From contig NEEC01000475.1 in the NCBI GenBank assembly GCA_002189035.1, forward strand, positions 1-35,398: DNA of 35,398 bases, read 5' to 3'. The position numbers were made by a program, and so were the translations under genes. Positions 1-12,000 of the stretch are shown here, piece after piece; positions within the stretch are counted from its first letter, which is position 1, and the number at the start of each line of letters is the position of its first letter. The DNA comes from Utricularia gibba (Eukaryota > Plantae > Magnoliophyta). The notes beneath the pieces were generated by a model. The model had not been told where the DNA came from. It was given only the letters and a program-made list of their open reading frames with translations, and did no database searches.

Positions 1-3000
1 CTCGTGCACTCTTCGGTATCGAGTGGATATCTTGCGAACGGTGATGAGTCATGTTGCACATATCATACCGTTTCGAAGCTCGTTCCGAGCGGTCTTCTTT
101 CGTGTTGAGAACTTGTTCGTCCGAGGCTGCACAAATGCTCGAAAGATTGCCTTATATTAGCTTCAGATGTGCAACGAAGTGGCCACCACATTCGCGAAAT
201 GTGACTCGGGACACCTGACTCGATGCGAATGTGATTTTTGACATGCAAGACGTATGTATTTCATGGACGATGTGAAATTTTGGATTTCGAGATGATCATT
301 TAAGGGTGTGTCCCTAGCCACCACCTCATGGTGGCCTCGTGCACTCTTCGGTATCGAGTGGATATCTTGCGAACGGTGATGAGTCATGTTGCACATATCA
401 TACCGTTTCGAAGCTCGTTCCGAGCCGGTCTTCTTTCGTGTTGAGAACTTGTTCGTCCGAGGCTGCACAAATGCTCGAAAGATTGCCTTATATTAGCTTC
501 AGATGTGCAACGAAGTGGCCACCACATTCGCGAAATGTGACTCGGGACACCTGACTCGATGCGAATGTGATTTTTGACATGCAAGACGTATGTATTTCAT
601 GGGACGATGTGAAAATTTTGGATTTCGAGATGATCATTTAAGGGTGTGTCCCTAGCCACCACCTCATGGTGGCCTCGTGCACTCTTCGGTATCGAGTGGA
701 TATCTTGCGAACGGTGATGAGTCATGTTGCACATATCATACCGTTTCGAAGCTCGTTCCGAGCGGTCTTCTTTCGTGTTGAGAACTTGTTCGTCCGAAGC
801 TGCACAAATGCTCGAAAGATTGCCTTATATTAGCCTTCAGATGTGCAACGAAGTGGCCACCACATTCGCGAAAATGTGACTCGGGACACCTGACTCGATG
901 CGAATGTGATTTTTGACATGCAAGACGTATGTATTTCATGGGACGATGTGAAATTTTGGATTTCGAGATGATCATTTAAGGGTGTGTCCCTAGCCACCAC
1001 CTCATGGTGGCCTCGTGCACTCTTCGGTATCGAGTGGATATCTTGCGAACGGTGATGAGTCATGTTGCACATATCATACCGTTTCGAAGCTCGTTCCGAG
1101 CCGGTCTTCTTTCGTGTTGAGAACTTGTTCGTCCGAGGCTGCACAAATGCTCGAAAGATTGCCTTATATTAGCCTTCAGATGTGCAACGAAGTGGCCACC
1201 ACATTCGCGAAATGACTCGGGACACCTGACTCGATGCGAATGTGATTTTTGACATGCAAGACGTATGTATTTCATGGGACGATGTGAAATTTTGGATTTC
1301 GAGATGATCATTTAGTGTGTCCCTAGCCACCACCTCATGGTGGCCTCGTGCACTCTTCGGTATCGAGTGGATATCTTGCGAACGGTGATGAGTCATGTTG
1401 CACATATCATACCGTTTCGAAGCTCGTTCCGAGCCGGTCTTCTTTCGTGTTGAGAACTTGTTCGTCCGAGGCTGCACAAATGCTCGAAAGATTGCCTTAT
1501 ATTAGCCTTCAGATGTGCAACGAAGTGGCCACCACATTCGCGAAATGTGACTCGGGACACCTGACTCGATGCGAATGTGATTTTTGACATGCAAGACGTA
1601 TGTATTTCATGGGACGATGTGAAATTTTGGATTTCGAGATGATCATTTGGGTGTGTCCCTAGCCACACCTCATGGTGGCCTCGTGCACTCTTCGGTATCG
1701 AGTGGATATCTTGCGAACGGTGATGAGTCATGTTGCACATATCATACCGTTTCGAAGCTCGTTCCGAGCCGGTCTTCTTTCGTGTTGAGAACTTGTTCGT
1801 CCGAGGCTGCACAAATGCTCGAAAGATTGCCTTATATTAGCCTTCAGATGTGCAACGAAGTGGCCACCACATTCGCGAAAATGTGACTCGGGACACCTGA
1901 CTCGATGCGAATGTGATTTTTGACATGCAAGACGTATGTATTTCATGGGACGATGTGAAATTTTGGATTTCGAGATGATCATTTAGATGGGTGTGTCCCT
2001 AGCCACAACCTCATGGTGGCCTCGTGCACTCTTCGGTATCGAGTGGATATCTTGCGAACGGTGATGAGTCATGTTGCACATATCATACCGTTTCGAAGCT
2101 CGTTCCGAGCCGGTCTTCTTTCGTGTTGAGAACTTGTTCGTCCGAGCTGCACAAATGCTCGAAAGATTGCCTTATATTAGCCTTCAGATGTGCAACGAAG
2201 TGGCCACCACATTCGCGAAAATGTGACTCGGGACACCTGACTCGATGCGAATGTGATTTTTGACATGCAAGACGTATGTATTTCATGGGACGATGTGAAA
2301 TTTTGGATTTCGAGATGATCATTTAAGGGTGTGTCCCTAGCCACCACCTCATGGTGGCCTCGTGCACTCTTCGGTATCGAGTGGATATCTTGCGAACGGT
2401 GATGAGTCATGTTGCACATATCATACCGTTTCGAAGCTCGTTCCGAGCCGGTCTTCTTTCGTGTTGAGAACTTGTTCGTCCGAGGCTGCACAAATGCTCG
2501 AAAGATTGCCTTATATTAGCCTTCAGATGTGCAACGAAGTGGCCACCACATTCGCGAAAATGTGACTCGGGACACCTGACTCGATGCGAATGTGATTTTT
2601 GACATGCAAGACGTATGTATTTCATGGGACGATGTGAAATTTTGGATTTCGAGATGATCATTTAAGGGTGTGTCCCTAGCCACCACCTCATGGTGGCCTC
2701 GTGCACTCTTCGGTATCGAGTGGATATCTTGCGAACGGTGATGAGTCATGTTGCACATATCATACCGTTTCGAAGCTCGTTCCGAGCCGGTCTTCTTTCG
2801 TGTTGAGAACTTGTTCGTCCGGCTGCACAAATGCTCGAAAGATTGCCTTATATTAGCCTTCAGATGTGCAACGAAGTGGCCACCACATTCGCGAAAATGT
2901 GACTCGGGACACCTGACTCGATGCGAATGTGATTTTTGACATGCAAGACGTATGTATTTCATGGACGATGTGAAATTTTGGATTTCGAGATGATCATTTA

Positions 3001-6000
3001 AGGGTGTGTCCCTAGCCACCACCTCATGGTGGCCTCGTGCACTCTTCGGTATCGAGTGGATATCTTGCGAACGGTGATGAGTCATGTTGCACATATCATA
3101 CCGTTTCGAAGCTCGTTCCGAGCCGGTCTTCTTTCGTGTTGAGAACTTGTTCGTCCGAGGCTGCACAAATGCTCGAAAGATTGCCTTATATTAGCCTTCA
3201 GATGTGCAACGAAGTGGCCACCACATTCGCGAAATGTGACTCGGGACACCTGACTCGATGCGAATGTGATTTTTGACATGCAAGACGTATGTATTTCATG
3301 GGACGATGTGAAATTTTGGATTTCGAGATGATCATTTAAGGTGTGTCCCTAGCCACCACCTCATGGTGGCCTCGTGCACTCTTCGGTATCGAGTGGATAT
3401 CTTGCGAACGGTGATGAGTCATGTTGCACATATCATACCGTTTCGAAGCTCGTTCCGAGCCGGTCTTCTTTCGTGTTGAGAACTTGTTCGTCCGAGGCTG
3501 CACAAATGCTCGAAAGATTGCCTTATATTAGCCTTCAGATGTGCAACGAAGTGGCCACCACATTCGCGAAAATGTGACTCGGGACACCTGACTCGATGCG
3601 AATGTGATTTTTGACATGCAAGACGTATGTATTTCATGGGACGATGTGAAATTTTGGATTTCGAGATGATCATTTAAGGGTGTGTCCCTAGCCACACCTC
3701 ATGGTGGCCTCGTGCACTCTTCGGTATCGAGTGGATATCTTGCGAACGGTGATGAGTCATGTTGCACATATCATACCGTTTCGAAGCTCGTTCCGAGCCG
3801 GTCTTCTTTCGTGTTGAGAACTTGTTCGTCCGAGGCTGCACAAATGCTCGAAAGATTGCCTTATATTAGCCTTCAGATGTGCAACGAAGTGGCCACCACA
3901 TTCGCGAAAATGTGACTCGGGACACCTGACTCGATGCGAATGTGATTTTTGACATGCAAGACGTATGTATTTCATGGGACGATGTGAAATTTTGGATTTC
4001 GAGATGATCATTTAAGATGGGTGTGTCCCTAGCCACAACCTCATGGTGGCCTCGTGCACTCTTCGGTATCGAGTGGATATCTTGCGAACGGTGATGAGTC
4101 ATGTTGCACATATCATACCGTTTCGAAGCTCGTTCCGAGCCGGTCTTCTTTCGTGTTGAGAACTTGTTCGTCCGAGGCTGCACAAATGCTCGAAAGATTG
4201 CCTTATATTAGCCTTCAGATGTGCAACGAAGTGGCCACCACATTCGCGAAAATGTGACTCGGGACACCTGACTCGATGCGAATGTGATTTTTGACATGCA
4301 AGACGTATGTATTTCATGGGACGATGTGAAATTTTGGATTTCGAGATGATCATTTAAGGGTGTGTCCCTAGCCACCACCTCATGGTGGCCTCGTGCACTC
4401 TTCGGTATCGAGTGGATATCTTGCGAACGGTGATGAGTCATGTTGCACATATCATACCGTTTCGAAGCTCGTTCCGAGCCGGTCTTTTTCGTGTTGAGAA
4501 CTTGTTCGTCCGAAGCTGCACAAATGCTCGAAAGATTGCCTTATATTAGCCTTCAGATGTGCAACGAAGTGGCCACCACATTCGCGAAAATGTGACTCGG
4601 GACACCTGACTCGATGCGAATGTGATTTTTGACATGCAAGACGTATGTATTTCATGGACGATGTGAAATTTGGATTTCGAGATGATCATTTAAGATGGGT
4701 GTGTCCCTAGCCACAACCTCATGGTGGCCTCGTGCACTCTTCGGTATCGAGTGGATATCTTGCAAACGGTGATGAGTCATGTTGCACATCATACCGTTTC
4801 GAAGCTCGTTCCGAGCCGGTCTTTTTTCGTGTTGAGAACTTGTTCGTCCGAGCTGCACAAATGCTCGAAAGATTGCCTTATATTAGCCTTCAGATGTGCA
4901 ACGAAGTGGCCACCACATTCGCGAAAATGTGACTCGGGACACCTGACTCGATGCGAATGTGATTTTTGACATGCAAGACGTATGTATTTCATGGGACGAT
5001 GTGAAATTTTGGATTTCGAGATGATCATTTTAAGGGTGTGTCCCTAGCCACCACCTCATGGTGGCCTCGTGCACTCTTCGGTATCGAGGATATCTTGCGA
5101 ACGGTGATGAGTCATGTTGCACATATCATACCGTTTCGAAGCTCGTTCCGAGCCGGTCTTCTTTCGTGTTGAGAACTTGTTCGTCCGAGCTGCACAAATG
5201 CTCGAAAGATTGCCTTATATTAGCCTTCAGATGTGCAACGAAGTGGCCACCACATTCGCGAAAATGTGACTCGGGACACCTGACTCGATGCGAATGTGAT
5301 TTTTGACATGCAAGACGTATGTATTTCATGGACGATGTGAAATTTTGGATTTCGAGATGATCATTTAAGGGTGTCCCTAGCCACCACCTCATGGTGGCCT
5401 CGTGCACTCTTCGGTATCGAGTGGATATCTTGCGAACGGTGATGAGTCATGTTGCACATATCATACCGTTTCGAAGCTCGTTCCGAGCCGGTCTTCTTTC
5501 GTGTTGAGAACTTGTTCGTCCGAGGCTGCACAAATGCTCGAAAGATTGCCTTATATTAGCTTCAGATGTGCAACGAAGTGGCCACCACATTCGCGAAATG
5601 TGACTCGGGACACCTGACTCGATGCGAATGTGATTTTTGACATGCAAGACGTATGTATTTCATGGGACGATGTGAAATTTTGGATTTCGAGATGATCATT
5701 TAAGGTGTGTCCCTAGCCACCACCTCATGGTGGCCTCGTGCACTCTTCGGTATCGAGTGGATATCTTGCGAACGGTGATGAGTCATGTTGCACATATCAT
5801 ACCGTTTCGAAGCTCGTTCCGAGCCGGTCTTCTTTCGTGTTGAGAACTTGTTCGTCCGAGGCTGCACAAATGCTCGAAAGATTGCCTTATATTAGCTTCA
5901 GATGTGCAACGAAGTGGCCACCACATTCGCGAAAATGTGACTCGGGACACCTGACTCGATGCGAATGTGATTTTTGACATGCAAGACGTATGTATTTCAT

Positions 6001-9000
6001 GGGACGATGTGAAATTTTGGATTTCGAGATGATCATTTAAGGGTGTGTCCCTAGCCACCACCTCATGGTGGCCTCGTGCACTCTTCGGTATCGAGTGGAT
6101 ATCTTGCGAACGGTGATGAGTCATGTTGCACATATCATACCGTTCGAAGCTCGTTCCGAGCCGGTCTTCTTTCGTGTTGAGAACTTGTTCGTCCGAGGCT
6201 GCACAAATGCTCGAAAGATTGCCTTATATTAGCCTTCAGATGTGCAACGAAGTGGCCACCACATTCGCGAAAATGTGACTCGGGACACCTGACTCGATGC
6301 GAATGTGATTTTTGACATGCAAGACGTATGTATTTCATGGGACGATGTGAAATTTTGGATTTCGAGATGATCATTTAATGGGTGTGTCCCTAGCCACAAC
6401 CTCATGGTGGCCTCGTGCACTCTTCGGTATCGAGTGGATATCTTGCGAACGGTGATGAGTCATGTTGCACATATCATACCGTTTCGAAGCTCGTTCCGAG
6501 CCGGTCTTCTTTCGTGTTGAGAACTTGTTCGTCCGAGGCTGCACAAATGCTCGAAGATTGCCTTATATTAGCTTCAGATGTGCAACGAAGTGGCCACCAC
6601 ATTCGCGAAAATGTGACTCGGGACACCTGACTCGATGCGAATGTGATTTTTGACATGCAAGACGTATGTATTTCATGGGACGATGTGAAATTTTTGGATT
6701 TCGAGATGATCATTTAAGATGGGTGTGTCCCTAGCCACACCTCATGGTGGCCTCGTGCACTCTTCGGTATCGAGTGGATATCTTGCGAACGGTGATGAGT
6801 CATGTTGCACATATCATACCGTTTCGAAGCTCGTTCCGAGCCGGTCTTCTTTCGTGTTGAGAACTTGTTCGTCCGAGGCTGCACAAATGCTCGAAAGATT
6901 GCCTTATATTAGCCTTCAGATGTGCAACGAAGTGGCCACCACATTCGCGAAAATGTGACTCGGGACACCTGACTCGATGCGAATGTGATTTTTGACATGC
7001 AAGACGTATGTATTTCATGGGACGATGTGAAATTTTGGATTTCGAGATGATCATTTAAGGGTGTGTCCCTAGCCACAACCTCATGGTGGCCTCGTGCACT
7101 CTTCGGTATCGAGTGGATATCTTGCGAACGGTGATGAGTCATGTTGCACATATCATACCGTTTCGAAGCTCGTTCGAGCCGGTCTTCTTTCGTGTTGAGA
7201 ACTTGTTCGTCCGAAGCTGCACAAATGCTCGAAAGATTGCCTTATATTAGCCTTCAGATGTGCAACGAAGTGGCCACCACATTCGCGAAAATGTGACTCG
7301 GGACACCTGACTCGATGCGAATGTGATTTTTGACATGCAAGACGTATGTATTTCATGGGACGATGTGAAATTTTTGGATTTCGAGATGATCATTTAAGAT
7401 GGGTGTGTCCCTAGCCACAACCTCATGGTGGCCTCGTGCACTCTTCGGTATCGAGTGGATATCTTTGCAAACGGTGATGAGTCATGTTGCACATATCATA
7501 CCGTTTCGAAGCTCGTTCCGAGCCGGTCTTCTTTCGTGTTGAGAACTTGTTCGTCCGAGGCTGCACAAATGCTCGAAAGATTGCCTTATATTAGCCTTCA
7601 GATGTGCAACGAAGTGGCCACCATTCGCGAAAATGTGACTCGGGACACCTGACTCGATGCGAATGTGATTTTTGACATGCAAGACGTATGTATTTCATGG
7701 GACGATGTGAAATTTTGGATTTCGAGATGATCATTTAAGGTGTGTCCCTAGCCACCACCTCATGGTGGCCTCGTGCACTCTTCGGTATCGAGTGGATATC
7801 TTGCGAACGGTGATGAGTCATGTTGCACATATCATACCGTTCGAAGCTCGTTCCGAGCGGTCTTCTTTCGTGTTGAGAACTTGTTCGTCCGAGGCTGCAC
7901 AAATGCTCGAAAGATTGCCTTATATTAGCCTTCAGATGTGCAACGAAGTGGCCACCACATTCGCGAAAATGTGACTCGGGACACCTGACTCGATGCGAAT
8001 GTGATTTTTGACATGCAAGACGTATGTATTTCATGGGACGATGTGAAATTTTGGATTTCGAGATGATCATTTGGTGTGTCCCTAGCCACCACCTCATGGT
8101 GGCCTCGTGCACTCTTCGGTATCGAGTGGATATCTTGCGAACGGTGATGAGTCATGTTGCACATATCATACCGTTTCGAAGCTCGTTCCGAGCCGGTCTT
8201 CTTTCGTGTTGAGAACTTGTTCGTCCGAGGCTGCACAAATGCTCGAAAGATTGCCTTATATTAGCCTTCAGATGTGCAACGAAGTGGCCACCACATTCGC
8301 GAAATGTGACTCGGGACACCTGACTCGATGCGAATGTGATTTTTGACATGCAAGACGTATGTATTTCATGGGACGATGTGAAATTTTGGATTTCGAGATG
8401 ATCATTTAAGGTGTGTCCCTAGCCACCACCTCATGGTGGCCTCGTGCACTCTTCGGTATCGAGTGGATATCTTGCGAACGGTGATGAGTCATGTTGCACA
8501 TATCATACCGTTTCGAAGCTCGTTCCGAGCCGGTCTTCTTTCGTGTTGAGAACTTGTTCGTCCGAGGCTGCACAAATGCTCGAAAGATTGCCTTATATTA
8601 GCCTTCAGATGTGCAACGAAGTGGCCACCACATTCGCGAAAATGTGACTCGGGACACCTGACTCGATGCGAATGTGATTTTTGACATGCAAGACGTATGT
8701 ATTTCATGGGACGATGTGAAATTTTGGATTTCGAGATGATCATTAAGGGTGTGTCCCTAGCCACCACCTCATGGTGGCCTCGTGCACTCTTCGGTATCGA
8801 GTGGATATCTTGCGAACGGTGATGAGTCATGTTGCACATATCATACCGTTTCGAAGCTCGTTCCGAGCCGGTCTTCTTTCGTGTTGAGAACTTGTTCGTC
8901 CGAGGCTGCACAAATGCTCGAAAGATTGCCTTATATTAGCCTTCAGATGTGCAACGAAGTGGCCACCACATTCGCGAAAATGTGACTCGGGACACCTGAC

Positions 9001-12000
9001 TCGATGCGAATGTGATTTTTGACATGCAAGACGTATGTATTTCATGGGACGATGTGAAATTTTGGATTTCGAGATGATCATTTAAGGTGTGTCCCTAGCC
9101 ACAACCTCATGGTGGCCTCGTGCACTCTTCGGTATCGAGTGGATATCTTGCGAACGGTGATGAGTCATGTTGCACATATCATACCGTTTCGAAGCTCGTT
9201 CCGAGCCGGTCTTCTTTCGTGTTGAGAACTTGTTCGTCCGAGGCTGCACAAATGCTCGAAAGATTGCCTTATATTAGCCTTCAGATGTGCAACGAAGTGG
9301 CCACCACATTCGCGAAAATGTGACTCGGGACACCTGACTCGATGCGAATGTGATTTTTGACATGCAAGACGTATGTATTTCATGGACGATGTGAAATTTT
9401 GGATTTCGAGATGATCATTTAAGGTGTGTCCCTAGCCACCACCTCATGGTGGCCTCGTGCACTCTTCGGTATCGAGTGGATATCTTGCGAACGGTGATGA
9501 GTCATGTTGCACATATCATACCGTTTCGAAGCTCGTTCCGAGCCGGTCTTCTTTCGTGTTGAGAACTTGTTCGTCCGAAGCTGCACAAATGCTCGAAAGA
9601 TTGCCTTATATTAGCCTTCAGATGTGCAACGAAGTGGCCACCACATTCGCGAAAATGTGACTCGGGACACCTGACTCGATGCGAATGTGATTTTTGACAT
9701 GCAAGACGTATGTATTTCATGGGACGATGTGAAATTTGGATTTCGAGATGATCATTTAAGATGTGTGTCCCTAGCCACAACCTCATGGTGGCCTCGTGCA
9801 CTCTTCGGTATCGAGTGGATATCTTGCGAACGGTGATGAGTCATGTTGCACATATCATACCGTTTCGAAGCTCGTTCCGAGCCGGTCTTCTTTCGTGTTG
9901 AGAACTTGTTCGTCCGAGCTGCACAAATGCTCGAAAGATTGCCTTATATTAGCCTTCAGATGTGCAACGAAGTGGCCACCACATTCGCGAAATGTGACTC
10001 GGGACACCTGACTCGATGCGAATGTGATTTTTGACATGCAAGACGTATGTATTTCATGGACGATGTGAAATTTGGATTTCGAGATGATCATTTAAGATGC
10101 AGGGTGTGTCCCTAGCCACAACCTCATGGTGGCCTCGTGCACTCTTCGGTATCGAGTGGATATCTTGCGAACGGTGATGAGTCATGTTGCACATATCATA
10201 CCGTTTCGAAGCTCGTTCCGAGCCGGTCTTCTTTCGTGTTGAGAACTTGTTCGTCCGAGGCTGCACAAATGCTCGAAAGATTGCCTTATATTAGCCTTCA
10301 GATGTGCAACGAAGTGGCCACCACATTCGCGAAAATGTGACTCGGGACACCTGACTCGATGCGAATGTGATTTTTGACATGCAAGACGTATGTATTTCAT
10401 GGACGATGTGAAATTTTGGATTTCGAGATGATCATTTAAGAAGGGTGTGTCCCTAGCCACAACCTCATGGTGGCCTCGTGCACTCTTCGGTATCGAGTGG
10501 ATATCTTGCGAACGGTGATGAGTCATGTTGCACATATCATACCGTTTCGAAGCTCGTTCCGAGCCGGTCTTCTTTCGTGTTGAGAACTTGTTCGTCCGAG
10601 GCTGCACAAATGCTCGAAAGATTGCCTTATATTAGCTTCAGATGTGCAACGAAGTGGCCACCACATTCGCGAAAATGTGACTCGGGACACCTGACTCGAT
10701 GCGAATGTGATTTTTGACATGCAAGACGTATGTATTTCATGGGACGATGTGAAATTTGGATTTCGAGATGATCATTTAAGGGTGTGTCCCTAGCCACAAC
10801 CTCATGGTGGCCTCGTGCACTCTTCGGTATCGAGTGGATATCTTGCGAACGGTGATGAGTCATGTTGCACATATCATACCGTTTCGAAGCTCGTTCCGAG
10901 CCGGTCTTCTTTCGTGTTGAGAACTTGTTCGTCCGCTGCACAAATGCTCGAAAGATTGCCTTATATTAGCCTTCAGATGTGCAACGAAGTGGCCACCACA
11001 TTCGCGAAAATGTGACTCGGGACACCTGACTCGATGCGAATGTGATTTTTGACATGCAAGACGTATGTATTTCATGGGACGATGTGAAATTTTGGATTTC
11101 GAGATGATCATTTAAGGTGTGTCCCTAGCCACCACCTCATGGTGGCCTCGTGCACTCTTCGGTATCGAGTGGATATCTTGCGAACGGTGATGAGTCATGT
11201 TGCACATATCATACCGTTTCGAAGCTCGTTCCGAGCCGGTCTTCTTTCGTGTTGAGAACTTGTTCGTCCGAGCTGCACAAATGCTCGAAAGATTGCCTTA
11301 TATTAGCCTTCAGATGTGCAACGAAGTGGCCACCACATTCGCGAAAATGTGACTCGGGACACCTGACTCGATGCGAATGTGATTTTTGACATGCAAGACG
11401 TATGTATTTCATGGGACGATGTGAAATTTTGGATTTCGAGATGATCATTTAATGGTGTGTCCCTAGCCACAACCTCATGGTGGCCTCGTGCACTCTTCGG
11501 TATCGAGTGGATATCTTGCAAACGGTGATGAGTCATGTTGCACATCATACCGTTTCGAAGCTCGTTCCGAGCCGGTCTTTTTGTTGAGAACTTTCGTCCG
11601 AGGAGGCACAAATGCTCGAAAGATTGCCTTATATTAGCCTTCAGATGTGCAACGAAGTGGCCACCACATTCGCGAAAATGTGACTCGGGACACCTGACTC
11701 GATGCGAATGTGATTTTTGACATGCAAGACGTATGTATTTCATGGGACGATGTGAAATTTTGGATTTCGAGATGATGGTGTCCCTAGCCACCACCTCATG
11801 GTGGCCTCGTGCACTCTTCGGTATCGAGTGGATATCTTGCGAACGGTGATGAGTCATGTTGCACATATCATACCGTTTCGAAGCTCGTTTCGAGCCGGTC
11901 TTCTTTCGTGTTGAGAACTTGTTCGTCCGAGGCTGCACAAATGCTCGAAAGATTGCCTTATATTAGCTTCAGATGTGCAACGAAGTGGCCACCACATTCG

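Noticed and set aside
2420-2466. 5S rDNA tandem unit (unit size fits; ATCATACC and TCGTGTTG echo the ends of plant 5S rRNA)
   Set aside because: The two 8-mers are about 39 bp apart rather than about 100 bp, and the internal control region (boxes A/C, e.g. AGTTAAGC, GGATGGGTGACC) is absent.
2359-2697. Triticeae Afa-family (about 340 bp) or Drosophila 359-bp satellite
   Set aside because: The consensus has no AfaI/RsaI site (GTAC) and is about 47% GC, while those families are recalled as AT-richer. This is not a formal exclusion without alignment.
2359-2697. Monomer as an ancient dimer of about 170-bp subunits
   Set aside because: Only short scattered similarities were found (e.g. GTCATGTTGCACATAT vs GACATGCAAGACATAT, offset about 195), with no collinear alignment at a constant offset by eye.
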